From the NCBI GenBank assembly GCA_040954595.2, contig CM082596.2, positions 2,598,999-2,662,998 on the forward strand: DNA of 64,000 bases, in the 5' to 3' direction. Positions 50,749 through 63,495 of the stretch are shown here, one piece after another. The DNA is from Balanoglossus misakiensis (Eukaryota > Animalia > Hemichordata). A program made the translations under genes and the position numbers. The notes below the pieces were generated by a model. The model searched no databases and was not told where the DNA came from. It saw nothing but the letters and a program-made list of their open reading frames with translations. The first letter of the stretch is position 1. Each line of letters starts with the position of its first letter.

Positions 50749-53700
50749 ATGATGCAAGAGGGCCTGCCATCTGACTATACTCAACTACGCTGTTTAGTGT
50801 GCAATGACAAGGCTAGTGGACTGCATTATGGGGTGGTGTCATGCGAGAGTTGCAAGAGTTTCTTTGGGCGCAAGATCAAGAGCAAGGCGAAGTTTGTGTG
50901 TGAGGAGCTGGGCAACTGTGTCATGGACCTGTACACGCGACGCCATTGCCCCGCCTGCCGACTTCAGAAGTGTCTTAATGTGGGCATGAAACCCGAGAGT
51001 AAGTGTTCACATTGACTAATGTTTATGCAAAGCAATATGATGTTTGCTATTACTATCAGAGTGCAAAAATCATGATGTAAATGGGACTTTTCTAGCCGTA
51101 AGCATAATAACAGTGATTGTACTGGCGAGGTCATCTAGATGGCTTGAAATAACTCTTCCTAGGATGTTGTTTGTGTCACTGTATCTAGTTCAAATACAAT
51201 GACATTACATGTCACAGCAATTTATTTCTTTGAGTGATATGTGGACCACCAACAAAATATTCTAACTCGAGGATATATCAGATCGCAGGCTTTAGTTTAA
51301 CAGATGCAAAGATCATCATAAATTTTATTTGACCTAGTTCACTTATTCAAGTGAACCCAGTCCCTGACAGTTTCCTTTCCCGAAGATTGAAACTGTTTCC
51401 CCCAAAGTATGTTGAATAGAATCAGAAATGATTAACTTTTGAGAACATTTGTCCTTGGCGTAGGTTGTGACTCTTTGAAAATACTTCGCAAGGTGAATTC
51501 ACGGGTGAATTCATTTTTGCCAAAAGCTCATATTCAGTTGGCTTGGTTCTTTTACGTAAACTGTCACACTGAATTAGTTGTAATTGGACGCAGCGCCACC
51601 AAAATTGCCCCTAATCCATTTGATTTCGGTAGTTTCTAAATGTCATCTCATGTCACAGTTCACATGTAATCTGAAAAAAGCTCCCAGTCGCTCAGAAGTC
51701 GTGCGTGGTGGTGCTAAAAATAAATGTAGTATAAAACAAGATATGAGGGCTCAGGCATATTGTATGGAACCTGTGTTGTCCAGGTGACATATATTAAAGG
51801 TTAAAACTGTTACTGCAGTGTAGTTTTGAAGAGTTGCTGTCAATATGTAGCACAAAACATAGTATTATAATCAATAAATGAATCCCCTTTTCAAATGTTT
51901 TATACAAAATGCTCAGTTATTGAGCACAGGTTTTCAGAAGATTAAAAATACCAGGACTGGATGGTTTAATACAGAAATTAAAGTAATGTACTAGGAATTA
52001 ATCATCACTGTGATCTTGAGACTTTGGGAATTGCTGTGTGTTTTTCTTCAAAGGATAAATTGTGAATATTATTTTCCACAGACGTCAACACTGCTGCCAT
52101 GTTGAATTTCCGATGTTTGGAATCTAGGTTTCCACTAATCTTGACATTTGTTCTGTGTCTTGTGATTATTTTCTCCATGACATTAAACCACTGACTGTAA
52201 TGGGAAAGTAATCTCCTCCAAAACTGTCTGATATCAGAGATGCTGAAAAAGGATCAGTACATGTCATGGTTGCAAAGACGCTGTGCATGAAAAATTAATA
52301 TTTACTTCCAGTATATTATGCGACAGAGTCTACATTTGTGGAGATATGATGCTCATCTTCCTACAGTGTATCATTCATGATGATATGGAATTTCAATCAT
52401 TGTCAGACAGTCCTTGAAAATCCTGGAAAAAATTAATCTACTTCTAGAGAATCCTGGAATGTATTCACCTCCTTATTCTGTCTTTTAAAATGTGGACCAC
52501 TTATGCTGTATTCATAAAATGTTCATGAATGTTGTGAAAAATTACTGACAAAATTACTGCACAATCACTCCGTGAAAATGATATTTTTATATAAAAAAAC
52601 TCCAGGAAAATTTCTCCATTGGGTCCTTTTTATATACATTCTATCAAATTAAAATCACCACTACCCTGTTGGTGGTTGCCCTGAACCACCAAGCCCAACA
52701 CTAATTTGGGGTCTTCCTTCCAAAATTAGGAATTGTCAGGAAGGCCCATCATTTTATTCCACAGTGTCAACATAATTCAATGACTGCATTCTTGATTTGA
52801 ACTCTTGCAGGAGTCTGGGATGAAAAGAGATTGGAAACACGGAAGCCATTGGTGAGGAAAGCCCGGAAAAAGAAGGAGCCATCGGCACTTCCATCGCAAG
52901 CACCCATGCTGGGTCTGGTTCCGGAACCTGCTCCGCTTCCGTCAATGCTGAATCCAGAATCGACGTCTAGCTTTGAAGACTTTTATCCGGAGATGTCAGA
53001 GGAACAGAAGGAACTCCTGGAAATGGTCAGAGAAGGATTGGAAACTTCGCGGAAAGCACATCGGGATCTCATAGTAAGTATTAAACAAGTAACTACATGT
53101 ACAATAGGTACATAATATAATGAAAATTCAGTGTTGTGGTAGGGTTGGGGAACATTATGGTAAATGATTTGGAAGCCATGGTAACACCTGCTACCGATAA
53201 TATGACTGCACTGCTATACCAAGGGGAACCCTGGTAAGTCGACTGGGGAACCCCAGTAACACTTACCTGGGTAGTGCCCTTAACTGGAACTGAAAATTGA
53301 CAGTAGGTGTCTGTTATATTATTCACTGTTGTCTGTTGTTGTCTTTCACAGACCCAAGAAAAACTTCAGAGCATTGCAAGGGGAATATCGGCATTTTTTG
53401 GACATCCAGGTGGATCAGCGATGCCAGGTCTAGCTGGCCCTTTTATGAAGCCTGACGGCACGCCATTTAAGTCGGAACGGGACCTCGAATCAGATGGCCT
53501 CTTAACACCTCCGCAGATACCCACGATGCCAACGGGTGTGGACAACTGGGGCAAATCTTTTACGCCGAATGCTCCAAACACATCCGGCAACAGTATTCCG
53601 TGGGGGCAGACGCCCACAAACTCTCACGTACATATTAAGGAAGAGAAGCCGGATGACTCATTTGCTTGTCAGTTCAATAATCAGAAACACCCGGTACAGG

Positions 53701-54751
53701 GAATGGCCGCGCCGGAAAATTCAATGCAAATGCCGTTTCCGGATTTCACCGACAAGTCTCTCCTTGTCGTGTTTAACATGGCAACACTTGGCGTCGTTAT
53801 ACGACAGACTGTCCACTTTGCAAAAAGTCTGCCAGGATTCCGCACCCTATGTTATGAGGACCAAGCAGTACTTATAAAATCTGCAATACTGGAAGTGCTC
53901 ATGTTCCGTATGGCAGAGACGTACATCCCGGAGAAAAACTGTGTTGTGGATGACATCACCGGCACAGAGTGGAACTTGGACATTATGATGCAGAGTGGCT
54001 TTTCTAGAGCTGCCAGCAAGACTCTGAAATTTACCAAAACTGTTCAGGCGTTTAATTTGAGCCGGGGTGAAATTGCATTACTCGAAGCTGTGACTCTCCT
54101 ATCATCAGGTACTAGTTAGGTGTGGGGTTTGGTGGTGATGATGGTGGTGCTGTGTGTGTTCATGTATTACACTTGTCTGGGATATTTTGTCTCACACTCA
54201 AATGTGTGGTCTAATTTGAGAATATGAAAATTTCTAAATTGTACTGGAAAAGTAATATTCCTGTAGCATTTTTATTACTCTGTATTTTCATAATGAAATA
54301 TTCACCGCATGAGGTGTCAATGTATTTCTCTCACCAATATAAAAATCCCGTCTTATTATGACTTTTCCATTTCAGTTTCTGTGCAGTGTCAACAGTGTGC
54401 AAATTTAAAACCCAGCACAAGATTTCCTTTCATGCACCAAGATATAAACTCATCTTTGTCTCTTTTGACTGATTTTTTTTCACAGATCGACCAGAACTCG
54501 AAAATCCGGAAGCTGTTGAAGAAATACAACAGAGTCTGTTATTAACTTTACAAGCCAGTACCAAAGTGAACCACCCAGACGACAAAGTCCTCTTTGCAAA
54601 ATTAGTCGTCAAGCTTGCCGAAGTCAGAGAACTTGTCCAGTGTCATATAAACGACCTCAACGAATTCAAACTACCGGATCACGAGCAGATTTTCCCGTTA
54701 ATTGCTGAAATTTTCAACATGGATGAAATTTCTTTCACTAACTCGGTATAG
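50749..54751 (+). CDS. Nuclear hormone receptor, NR1 subfamily (H/I/J-like: LXR/FXR/EcR-VDR group)
   Basis: Exons 50749-50998 (two C4 fingers, CLVCNDKASGLHYGVVSCESCKSFF...RRHCPACRLQKCLNVGM), 52811-53073, 53352-54108 (FAKSLPGFRTLCYEDQAVLIK) and 54486-54751 (DRPEL, AF-2-like PLIAEIF) join in frame. An in-frame TAA lies just upstream of the ATG. Candidate non-coding 5' exons end near 30925, 40858, 44450, 47358 and 48051. Confidence 0.93.
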
Positions 54752-56861
54752 CAGAATTTTGTGTGTGGAAAAGTGTGATTTGGGGAGGAGGAGGGGGAAG
54801 GGAGAGAGGGGGAGTACCATGTTTTTCAGTTCACTCACCCCTAAAGCAAAGGATTGTCTGAAAGGGTGATTTGTAAAATATTAAGGTGATTCTGAATCAT
54901 TCAAGTTGCCAGGCAACAGTTGCTGATAAGATTTTTTTTAAATCACTGAAAATGGGAAATCACTCTTGGATGTACTCTGTACCTTGAAAGTCCTGAAAGA
55001 ATGTAATTTTAACTCTTTGAACACCACACTATTTGATGTCAAACTGTTGTGTAACATCGCCAGCACTTTCATGCATATTGCCTTATTTCATCTCTACCAG
55101 GGGGACATATTTTCCATTGTTTGCAAAATTTTAGAAAAAACATGGTAAAGATGAAAAATGATAACAATGTTGATTGTAATTATATTTTGACAATGTATCT
55201 CCTGGAAAATACAATTGCCGTGCTAAAATTTGTAAAAATTCAATGGAAAATCTCCTTGGCAACCCTTCAACAGTGAATGAGTTTGGTAGTCTGAGCCCAG
55301 CGCACATCGAGAATACAGCTAATGGCCCGAAGCAACTTCTGGCATTTCGCATAATGTTTTGAACAAATCCCAAATCTGCAATGGTGCATCTCATCGGCTT
55401 ATGGCTTTGTCTGCCAGCAAAAATAATCGTCTTGCTGGTGCAATACATTTATAGATGGTGATGCCTGATGGCAGGCTTAATGCCGTGCAGCCCTGAAAAA
55501 TGACTGTTAACTTGTATAAGAGAGGAATAAGCCTACTCTGGAATGAAATGTTGTACGCAGACACAGTTCCTCTTTCTTGAGGGACTGTGACGCAGACTAT
55601 TGCAGTGGTCTCTGGGATAAAAATGCAGGCTTAGTCATGTGATAGTGGTACAAAGAAATACACAAGGAAGAGTTTGTTCACCAGAATACACACCATATAC
55701 AACGTATTTCTATGAGTGTTTTTCACACGTGGTATTGTTTGTACCATGGTGCAATCAAATTCCGGGGTTCACGTATTGCGTCAACTATTAGTCTGTGGCA
55801 ACCTGAGAAGTGGCACACAAAGTAACATAGTATTAATTGGATTTAACACAGTCATTTCCAAACAACATCTGTCTCAGTAATTCAGGACGAGTGATGCACC
55901 ATTGCCCCTGGTTTGCCGCCGGGTCTTAAATTAATGAGTTCCTTCACTGTGCTGACTGCATACAAAGTTCCATCAGTTTTATTTTGCAATTTGGGGCAAA
56001 CCGACCTGCTGATGTGAAATCTGTATGTAAGCCATCTTGCATGAAAAGCTACTTCGCTGTTTACTTGATGGGTATTTTAGTAGTTTTCGCGTAGGATATT
56101 AAAGACACTGCCACACTCTAATAAATCACGCAAAACAGCTGTTTCTTCTCCAGACTTGTCTGGCTTCAGTGGTTCCAAAGAATACAAACCTATTATCGTA
56201 AACCCTGAATAATCTCCTCAGAAACATCAAATTTTTTTCTTACCATGATTCCTATCGATACATAGTTTCCTTTCGGGGCTCCATCGACATCAAGTGGAAG
56301 AGTTTCACACATTGTGATTATCCTGAACATTTTTTTTTGCTATAGTAGCAACTATGTCACATGACATGTCTATATTTTGAAGAATTCTCAACAGGCAGTA
56401 TAAGCAGGACTCATGTCTTTCATATAACTATAGGTGTGTGTCTTTTCATTAGATTACCAGACTCAAATGAATTTTCATGAGTTTTGGAGTTTATGTTCTA
56501 AACATGATACGTGTAGTTCCTTTCTCTCCCCTTAACCCTCCCTGAGCATGCTGACGGAAAGAAAATAATCTGTACTTAAATGTCTATATTTTGTGAGATC
56601 ATATGTTTTTATGCATTCTTTTATTCATTCATTAAGGGATAGGATTACCATTTCAAAACAACGATCTAAAGTGAATAACTCAAGAACTATTAGTTTTAAA
56701 CGCACTGACCTCAGGTCAGAAAACAACTCAGATTATAAATAGTCTCTTTGCAATACAGTAGACTATATAAGGTAATGTGTTACGCATCAAATGTGTCTAT
56801 CAGAATAAAATGAAGAGTTAGGGTGTCTCAGTGAAATTTGTGAGGGAATATGATGCTTTAA

Positions 56862-56939
56862 TTAATCTTTTCACCCCCAGTTTCCTACTTAGAGGTCCAA
56901 CAATTGATTTGGACCAAACCGTGTTGGTGAAAGGGTTAA
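56862..56939 (+). mobile_element. piggyBac-like MITE, copy 8 (internally shortened)
   Basis: TTAATCTTTTCACCCCCAG...GAGGTCCAAC...GGTGAAAGGGTTAA. Confidence 0.75.
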
Positions 56940-57762
56940 ATCGCAATCAGTTTCAGGAAAATATTTTGTCTTTCTCAGAGTATTGGTTTTAGCTTGTAAA
57001 TGAATGTTGTTTATTAATAGTCAGAATTTCTGAATCTTCAAGGTTTTTCTTGGTGTAAAAAGGTGAGTTAAATTATTGAAATATGTATTCATGAGTAGAA
57101 TTAATTACTCAGTTTTGGTGGTATCAGTCTGTTACCAGAATCTACATTTGACTCTTTGCATGGTCAAATGGCCTAAGTTTGAAATAGCGTAGTTTAGAGA
57201 TATGGTTGCGGACAAACATTGGGGTGAATGTAACAGCTATCCGTCGCCGAGTGTCTGTATTGTACCAGTTGTCACTTACTTTCTACGCACCTGGTCAAGA
57301 GTGTACAAAGTAATTGACCAATCAGAAGTGTCAGTCTAAGAATAGATGGCAATAATAATCCCTATTGTTGGATAATTTTGTTGTAAGATAATAGCAATGG
57401 CTTGATAGTTGAAATGTTTTTTTTTTCCGCGTTTCAATTTACATTATTTTAGCTGGAGTGCAGTAACCCAGATCATTGCTTTTAGAAGACATTGCCTGTA
57501 TTAAACAAATTTCCATCCATCCCAGGTTTTGTGTTGTACGTACCATGATCATGTCATTTCAATCTTCCAGGTTTTGTTTTCATTATCCATATAGATCTGA
57601 TCAATTACATCCTGGCATTTTGTTGGTATGAGTTTACTATTTTGAGTTTATAATCTCTAGAAAAGTCAACCATACTATTATATTTGTGCACCCAAAGTTA
57701 TCCTAGGACAAAAACTTGAAAGTCTGTCTGTTACAGAAGGGGGAAAGTTGCCAGTACCGTTG

Positions 57763-57835
57763 TAGTCGTCGTTACCTAGACTCTCTTGAGGCGGAAATAG
57801 AGCGTACTGAAAGAGAGTCTGGGTCACCTAGACTA
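57763..57835. mobile_element. 73-bp hairpin MITE with TAG...CTA termini (Academ-like)
   Basis: TAGTC...GTTACCTAGACTCTC / GAGAGTCTGGGTCAC...GACTA, flanked by a 3-bp duplication TTG at 57760-57762 and 57836-57838. Confidence 0.6.
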
Positions 57836-60800
57836 TTGTTGAATGATGTATGATGTCAGCCAACAAAAGACCAGATGTAATGTCATCGAGGGGTCATGAA
57901 AGTGGCCTATTGATCACTCACTATACACACACTTTTCATGTCTGTATCTTCTCTACTATGGGTCCAATATAATTATATGCACACGGTGCACATTGTGGAC
58001 TGTCATGTTTGAAACATGGCTGTGTTTAAGCCTAATTGTGTTCGTGGGGTGAAAAACTATGAACAACTTCACAATGGTATATTTTTCTCAAGCTTCTAAC
58101 AGACAGCTACTATCACCTGTTTAGAAACTTATACTTCACAGGCAATTGGTGTCAATGTAGATCATGTGACCTATTGCATCCAATCAATACCTCAGTTTCT
58201 ATTAATCAAGATGTAATTCAAGGCAACCGATGAAAATATATATGGTTTTGAATTGAACTACCAATAAGGCAAACCTATACCTGGTCTGATTTTGAGATTT
58301 CATGTCTTTCTGAAATGAGTTGTGCATTTGTAAATAATGGCTGCACATATACTTTGACATGGATATGTACTATATATAGCTGGTCACTGTATATGGATAG
58401 AAGATTTAAATATTTTTAGGCCTGATTAAAATTTGTCATGAAAAGCACTTACATGGGCAGTTGTGTGTTTATTTTGTGAAACGATATGATTGTATACCAG
58501 TGTATGAAAGTGGCATCCTGTTTACATAATACCCAGTTACTTATATTCTCTGATTGAAAATAATACTTGCCTTTTTTCACATTTTAATGGCAATACTGAT
58601 ATATTTTTATTTTGGATGTCAAAGTTGTACGTGGAGTAAATTTAATACCATGGCAACCAGCTGAGAACGCCGGCAACGACAGGATAGCAACTATGGCAAT
58701 GTCGTGACCGGAGGATGACCTCTCGAACAATAGCTTGTTTCAAAGAATAAAACTACGCCCCCACCGTCAAAATGTCCGCCAATACGAAGGAATCTTAATG
58801 CTTGTTCAACATGATGCCGCGTATGATAATCGGCGATATAAGCTTCAAATATCACTACATTTATTTGATTTTCTCGAAGAAATTCTACAACGATGAATAT
58901 ACGTGCGATGAAATATGTCCTTATGGTTATACATTGGTGACGTCACTCAACACCGTTCGGCCATGCTACATCCGGGCTATTGGTATTTATCCCTGCATGG
59001 ACGTCGTCTGCTGTACACATGCTGCAGAAATCTGGACAAAATGTAATGGACAAACCAAGGTTAGTGTCTAAGGTTGGTGTCCAATTTCACAAGCGTATGG
59101 GAGTAATCTTGGAGAAAAACCAGAGCGTATTGAACACTTGGGGGGAACCCCAAGTGAATATTTGGCGGGTAATAACTTCTGGCTTAGTGAAAGGCTTGGC
59201 AGAGATACAGCAGCGTCCCATACCCAGGATAGCGTCGTGGGGATGGGGCAGAACAGAGGTAATTTTCTGTAGAAGGAAAAGGTTGTAAGTTGTTTCAGGA
59301 GTTTTAATTTCCGCGTCGCTTTCTTGACGTTCGGACACTCACTCGACTTATAGCCAATAAACAACTGTAAGTTTGTATTACTAATTAGTGGGGCTTCCAG
59401 TTGTTGACTTAGTTTAGGGTATAAGGCTGTCCAGGTTGAGAATCAAAAAACACTCTTTCACAAAAAAATCACTTTCCCGACTATAATGTGCTTCCATTTC
59501 TACAAATAACGGCCAACATTCTACTGAATTTTTGTCAGTAATAACGAAAAATGAGTACGCAGAACTCCGGTTGACAGGTTGTGCCTGCCATGAGGTGGAA
59601 ATGTACGCACATGATTACGCACATGTACATTACATGTAGCGCGCTTGCGCAGAACGTCCCCTGCCCCATTCTATATTACGATACGGTGATTTTTAGAGAA
59701 AGTTTAGCGAGCTTTTATTTACTTTACACTGTTTAATAAAGTTTAAAGTCGACCAACCAAAAGTGTGCGGTGTTACAACTGAACTTGTAAATGTAAAAAC
59801 AAAGTATGATCCGTAGCAAGATGCTATTTTCTTAAAGAATATCAAAAGTTGTGTGGTTTTTAGAATTTCTTAAGCGAAAGTTTCATTTTTTAAAAGTGAC
59901 TATGTAACCGTGTTTAAGTGTTTTCCCGAGGTGAAAATTTTATTTTAGGTTAGCACTGATTTCTTGTTACACAACTTGTGGGGGCGCTCTTTCTACTGGT
60001 GCTGACAAACTTTTTTGTGGGGGCGCAGTTCAGGTTTCTCATATGCAGATTTCTATGGGGGTGCAGTTCTGTCACAGGCCGACTTCTTTTGATACTTTCT
60101 GGTCTGCATCAATCTGATTAAAGCCCAGAAGCTGCCATTTTAGCATTATTTTCATCATTTTACATTCAAACTTAGAATGGTCCATTTCAATGAACAGATG
60201 CCACACCCATTTATTCAGCCGCCCATTGTAAGAGTAGACAAATTTAACATCATGGTATGCACTCTTGGGTATAAGAATCTCCTTAAATTCAAATTAGTGC
60301 TGTCTGCTGACTCAGGAATAAAGGAGAAGATTGAAGAATTTTATTGATTAAAATACATTGTATGTTGAAAAGTAGGGCTTTAATTAAAATCAGATGTAGG
60401 GTTGGCTCAATCTTTACATTGGCTGATTCTTGGTTGTTCTATTCTCAGATGTCCGCCACACTACACTGTACAGAGTGTTGGGTTTAACAATAGTATTTTT
60501 TTAAGATGTATTAAAGTTATACTTTGGAAAGTCAAAAATGTTGCATGTGATCATGTACTGGCTGTAAAAGGAGTAAATATATGCACATTCCAAATTGAAT
60601 TTAGTTACACCAGGAAAATCATGGAGCAATAATCCAATTTGTGAAGTTGTGTGGATGTAGATAACTTATGTATATTGTTTGTTTTTGTTCCCTCTAGGTC
60701 TGTGGCATTTCTAACGTAGGATATATGAACTTATAGCGGCAATAATTGTAGCAGTGAGTTGCTAATTTCGCTTTTTAACCATTACCCTTAGACATTAAAA

Positions 60801-60845
60801 AGCGTAATTAGCAACCCATCGCTACAATTGTTGCAGCTATATACT

Positions 60846-61230
60846 GAACTAGGAACATGGAATGGAATTATTTGTGTGTGTTTGACAAAAAATGGTGACA
60901 TTTCTGACACGGAACAGTGACACTGAACAAGGAATGGAACTATTTGTGACTGATAAAACCCAGGATACAACAAGGAATTTAATTATGTGTGAGTGATAAA
61001 ACCCAGGATACTGTACAGGAAAGGCTTTGCAAGTACGTCGCCCTATAAGGATGGATGCTGTGCAAGGAATTGAACTCTTGTGACTGTATCGGAATGACAT
61101 TCCCATTGTGACATTGAACAAGGAATTGAACTATTGTTACTGTATCGGAATGACACTCCCATTGTGACATTGAACAAGGAATTGAACTATTTTTGACTTT
61201 GACAAAGCACTGGATACTGCAAAGAAAAGC
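60846..61230. repeat. Complex degenerate tandem repeat
   Basis: Core (AAC)AAGGAAT(T/G)GAACTATT recurs about 6 times, including two near-identical ~57-bp units at ~61063-61190. Confidence 0.8.
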
Positions 61231-62540
61231 CTTCACAAGACACTTGACTATACAAAGATATCAAGGTGAGCACTCTGATACAATGTTACATTGTATTTTC
61301 GTTTTCTGGTAGAGAGATTGGAATCAAGGCATGTGCAGGCGCCATGGCATGTAATTTGCGGGGCACCTGTACGTGACTGAACCCTTTCTCTCTAACAATC
61401 TGGCAGCAAATATGATGTTATTATTGAACTTAGTCTCAAGAAAATGATTCATGCAGTCGTGTGCAAGTAGCTGAGAAGTTACCGGTAAGTTAAACATCGT
61501 TCACAGTGAAGATGGAAGGACCAGAAGACAAAGAGATGAGTGATTTTGCTAACAGTTACTCATTAATTTTGGGGTTAGCTCATTTAAAAACTGTAGAGAG
61601 TGTACAATCCTTCAATTTTTGGAGCAAATCACTTCCTTTTGAAGTGTATTTATGGGAAAGATACACACATTTTTACCGTTGGTGCAGCTCTGCAAAATTT
61701 GAATGAACAAAACCCCAAATAATGAGCAGGTGTTTGCTGTGTTGAAATGACAAAGCAAATGCACAGGCTGCCACAGAGCAGTTTTATGGCATTCGCTTTG
61801 TTCATTGGTTCCTTAAGAACACTTTGGGGAATAGTATACACATATTGACTGGCAGCAAGGGCAATAGCATACGTTGGTCTCCCAGAGGGACTGTGAGTCT
61901 CCCCAAAACAGTCTGTTTCCTGAGGCCAGAGCAGTTACCTGAGGCCTAAGGCTGAGGGGCGACTTACAGGGCCCGACGGGACACAAACAAATGCTGTTAC
62001 CCAAATATTGCCAGTCAATATGTGTTTTATAACACACCTCATCCGACAGTAGCACAAATCTGGAAACTTTTCTACTGTCATCAAGTTGGTCTCAGACACA
62101 GATGACGTTGCGATCTTAAAGCCCATTGTGCTTTCCAATCTAGCCAGGAACTGTTGCCTGTCAAATGATGTGTGTTATACCCGGTACATGATATAAACTA
62201 TATAGTTAGAAAGAGATAGCACGTGATTGATCGAACGTATCATTCAAACAAGAATGCGTAAATCTTTTGCGCTTCTGCCAAGGCATGAAATCCAACTCCA
62301 GCGTTCATTAGCAATGACGCCGTGTCATCCGAGATAACATCTACATAAGATTGTAACTCTTTTGGATGCAAACGCTCAGAAAGTTTTAAATTTTAAAAGT
62401 TGTGACTAACATATTCTGAAGACATAATGAGGTCCCCGTATCCCCACTGCACTGTAATGTCGGGAGAGTAGATTTAGAGCAAATAATCTCAGCTTAATTA
62501 CCAATTGACTGGCTCGCATTTGCCACGCCTTGGTTCTCCT

Positions 62541-63495
62541 TCATTTTGAATGACCAGGGCACTTGTGTTTTGTCAGGTACACGTGTCTAAGTGATGGTAA
62601 GATCCTGAAACCAATTTCTGAGTGCATTTTAAAGGGTCCCGTATGCCCAGCTTCGAAATCTATGTGTATTGGTATGTCAGAGTCTAGCAGTTTCTTTGCC
62701 ATCTCTATGGTTACAAGGCTGCCTAATCCCTGGCGACGATAGGCTGGCTTCACGTACGTATTCCCAATGGCGCCGTGGTATTGCTGCGATGACCAGGCGA
62801 CTAAGTCGCCATCTTTCAGGATGCAGATGTTTGGAAGGTTCAGGCATTGTGTTCTCATGTAATCGATGTATTCCTGGGAACAGCTTGGATCGCCGTAGGG
62901 CCAGGCTCTTGCAACTTCTTCTATGTGGTGTTCTTCGGTGATTGTTGCAAACGTCATGTGGTCAGGAAGTTTTGAGGATTGGCATCTGTGTGGTGACACA
63001 ATTAAAAAATGTTAACGGTTTATCTGGAAGAGAATAGGTTTATCTTCCTTGATTAGTTTAGGAACTTAACAGTAGACACCAAAATAAGCAGATATTTCCC
63101 GTTATTATACAGAAAGTAAACAGTCACAGCTGGTTCACGTTAGCCCATCACCTTTTACGGAAAACGTCACAGTCTTCCAATACCATCATGTCGGCCTTAG
63201 TAGCATCTCCAAAGGAATAACCCTGGTCTGCAATAATGTCATGCATCATTGGTTCTAAATCTCGAATAACTGAAAACAATAAAAATAAAATAAATGATAA
63301 TGGATTATTTCTCTGTCTTCCTCATGGCATCCAACGATGTTAACTCAAAGGTCAATCGAAGAACAATTTATGCATATTACCTAAAACTTCGAGTCCTGGA
63401 TTTCCCCAGTCAATGACTCCTGGTTGTAATAGCAAGTATTTCAAGTGCTCTTTATTTCTTGTGTGTAAAACTACGTTACGGAGCCATAAAGTATT
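62541..63495 (-). CDS. Glycine N-acyltransferase-like (GNAT/FR47-type) protein, last three exons
   Basis: Exons 63495-63381 (LLLQPGVIDW), 63269-63152 and 62985-62541 (WPYG, LVAWS, YVKPAYRRQGLG acetyl-CoA motif, GF) join in frame. The 5' part is unclear or outside the window. Confidence 0.85.

Noticed and set aside
60846-61230. CRISPR-like repeat-spacer pattern
   Set aside because: Repeats are degenerate, spacers are duplicated and variable in length, there are no cas genes, and the context is eukaryotic.
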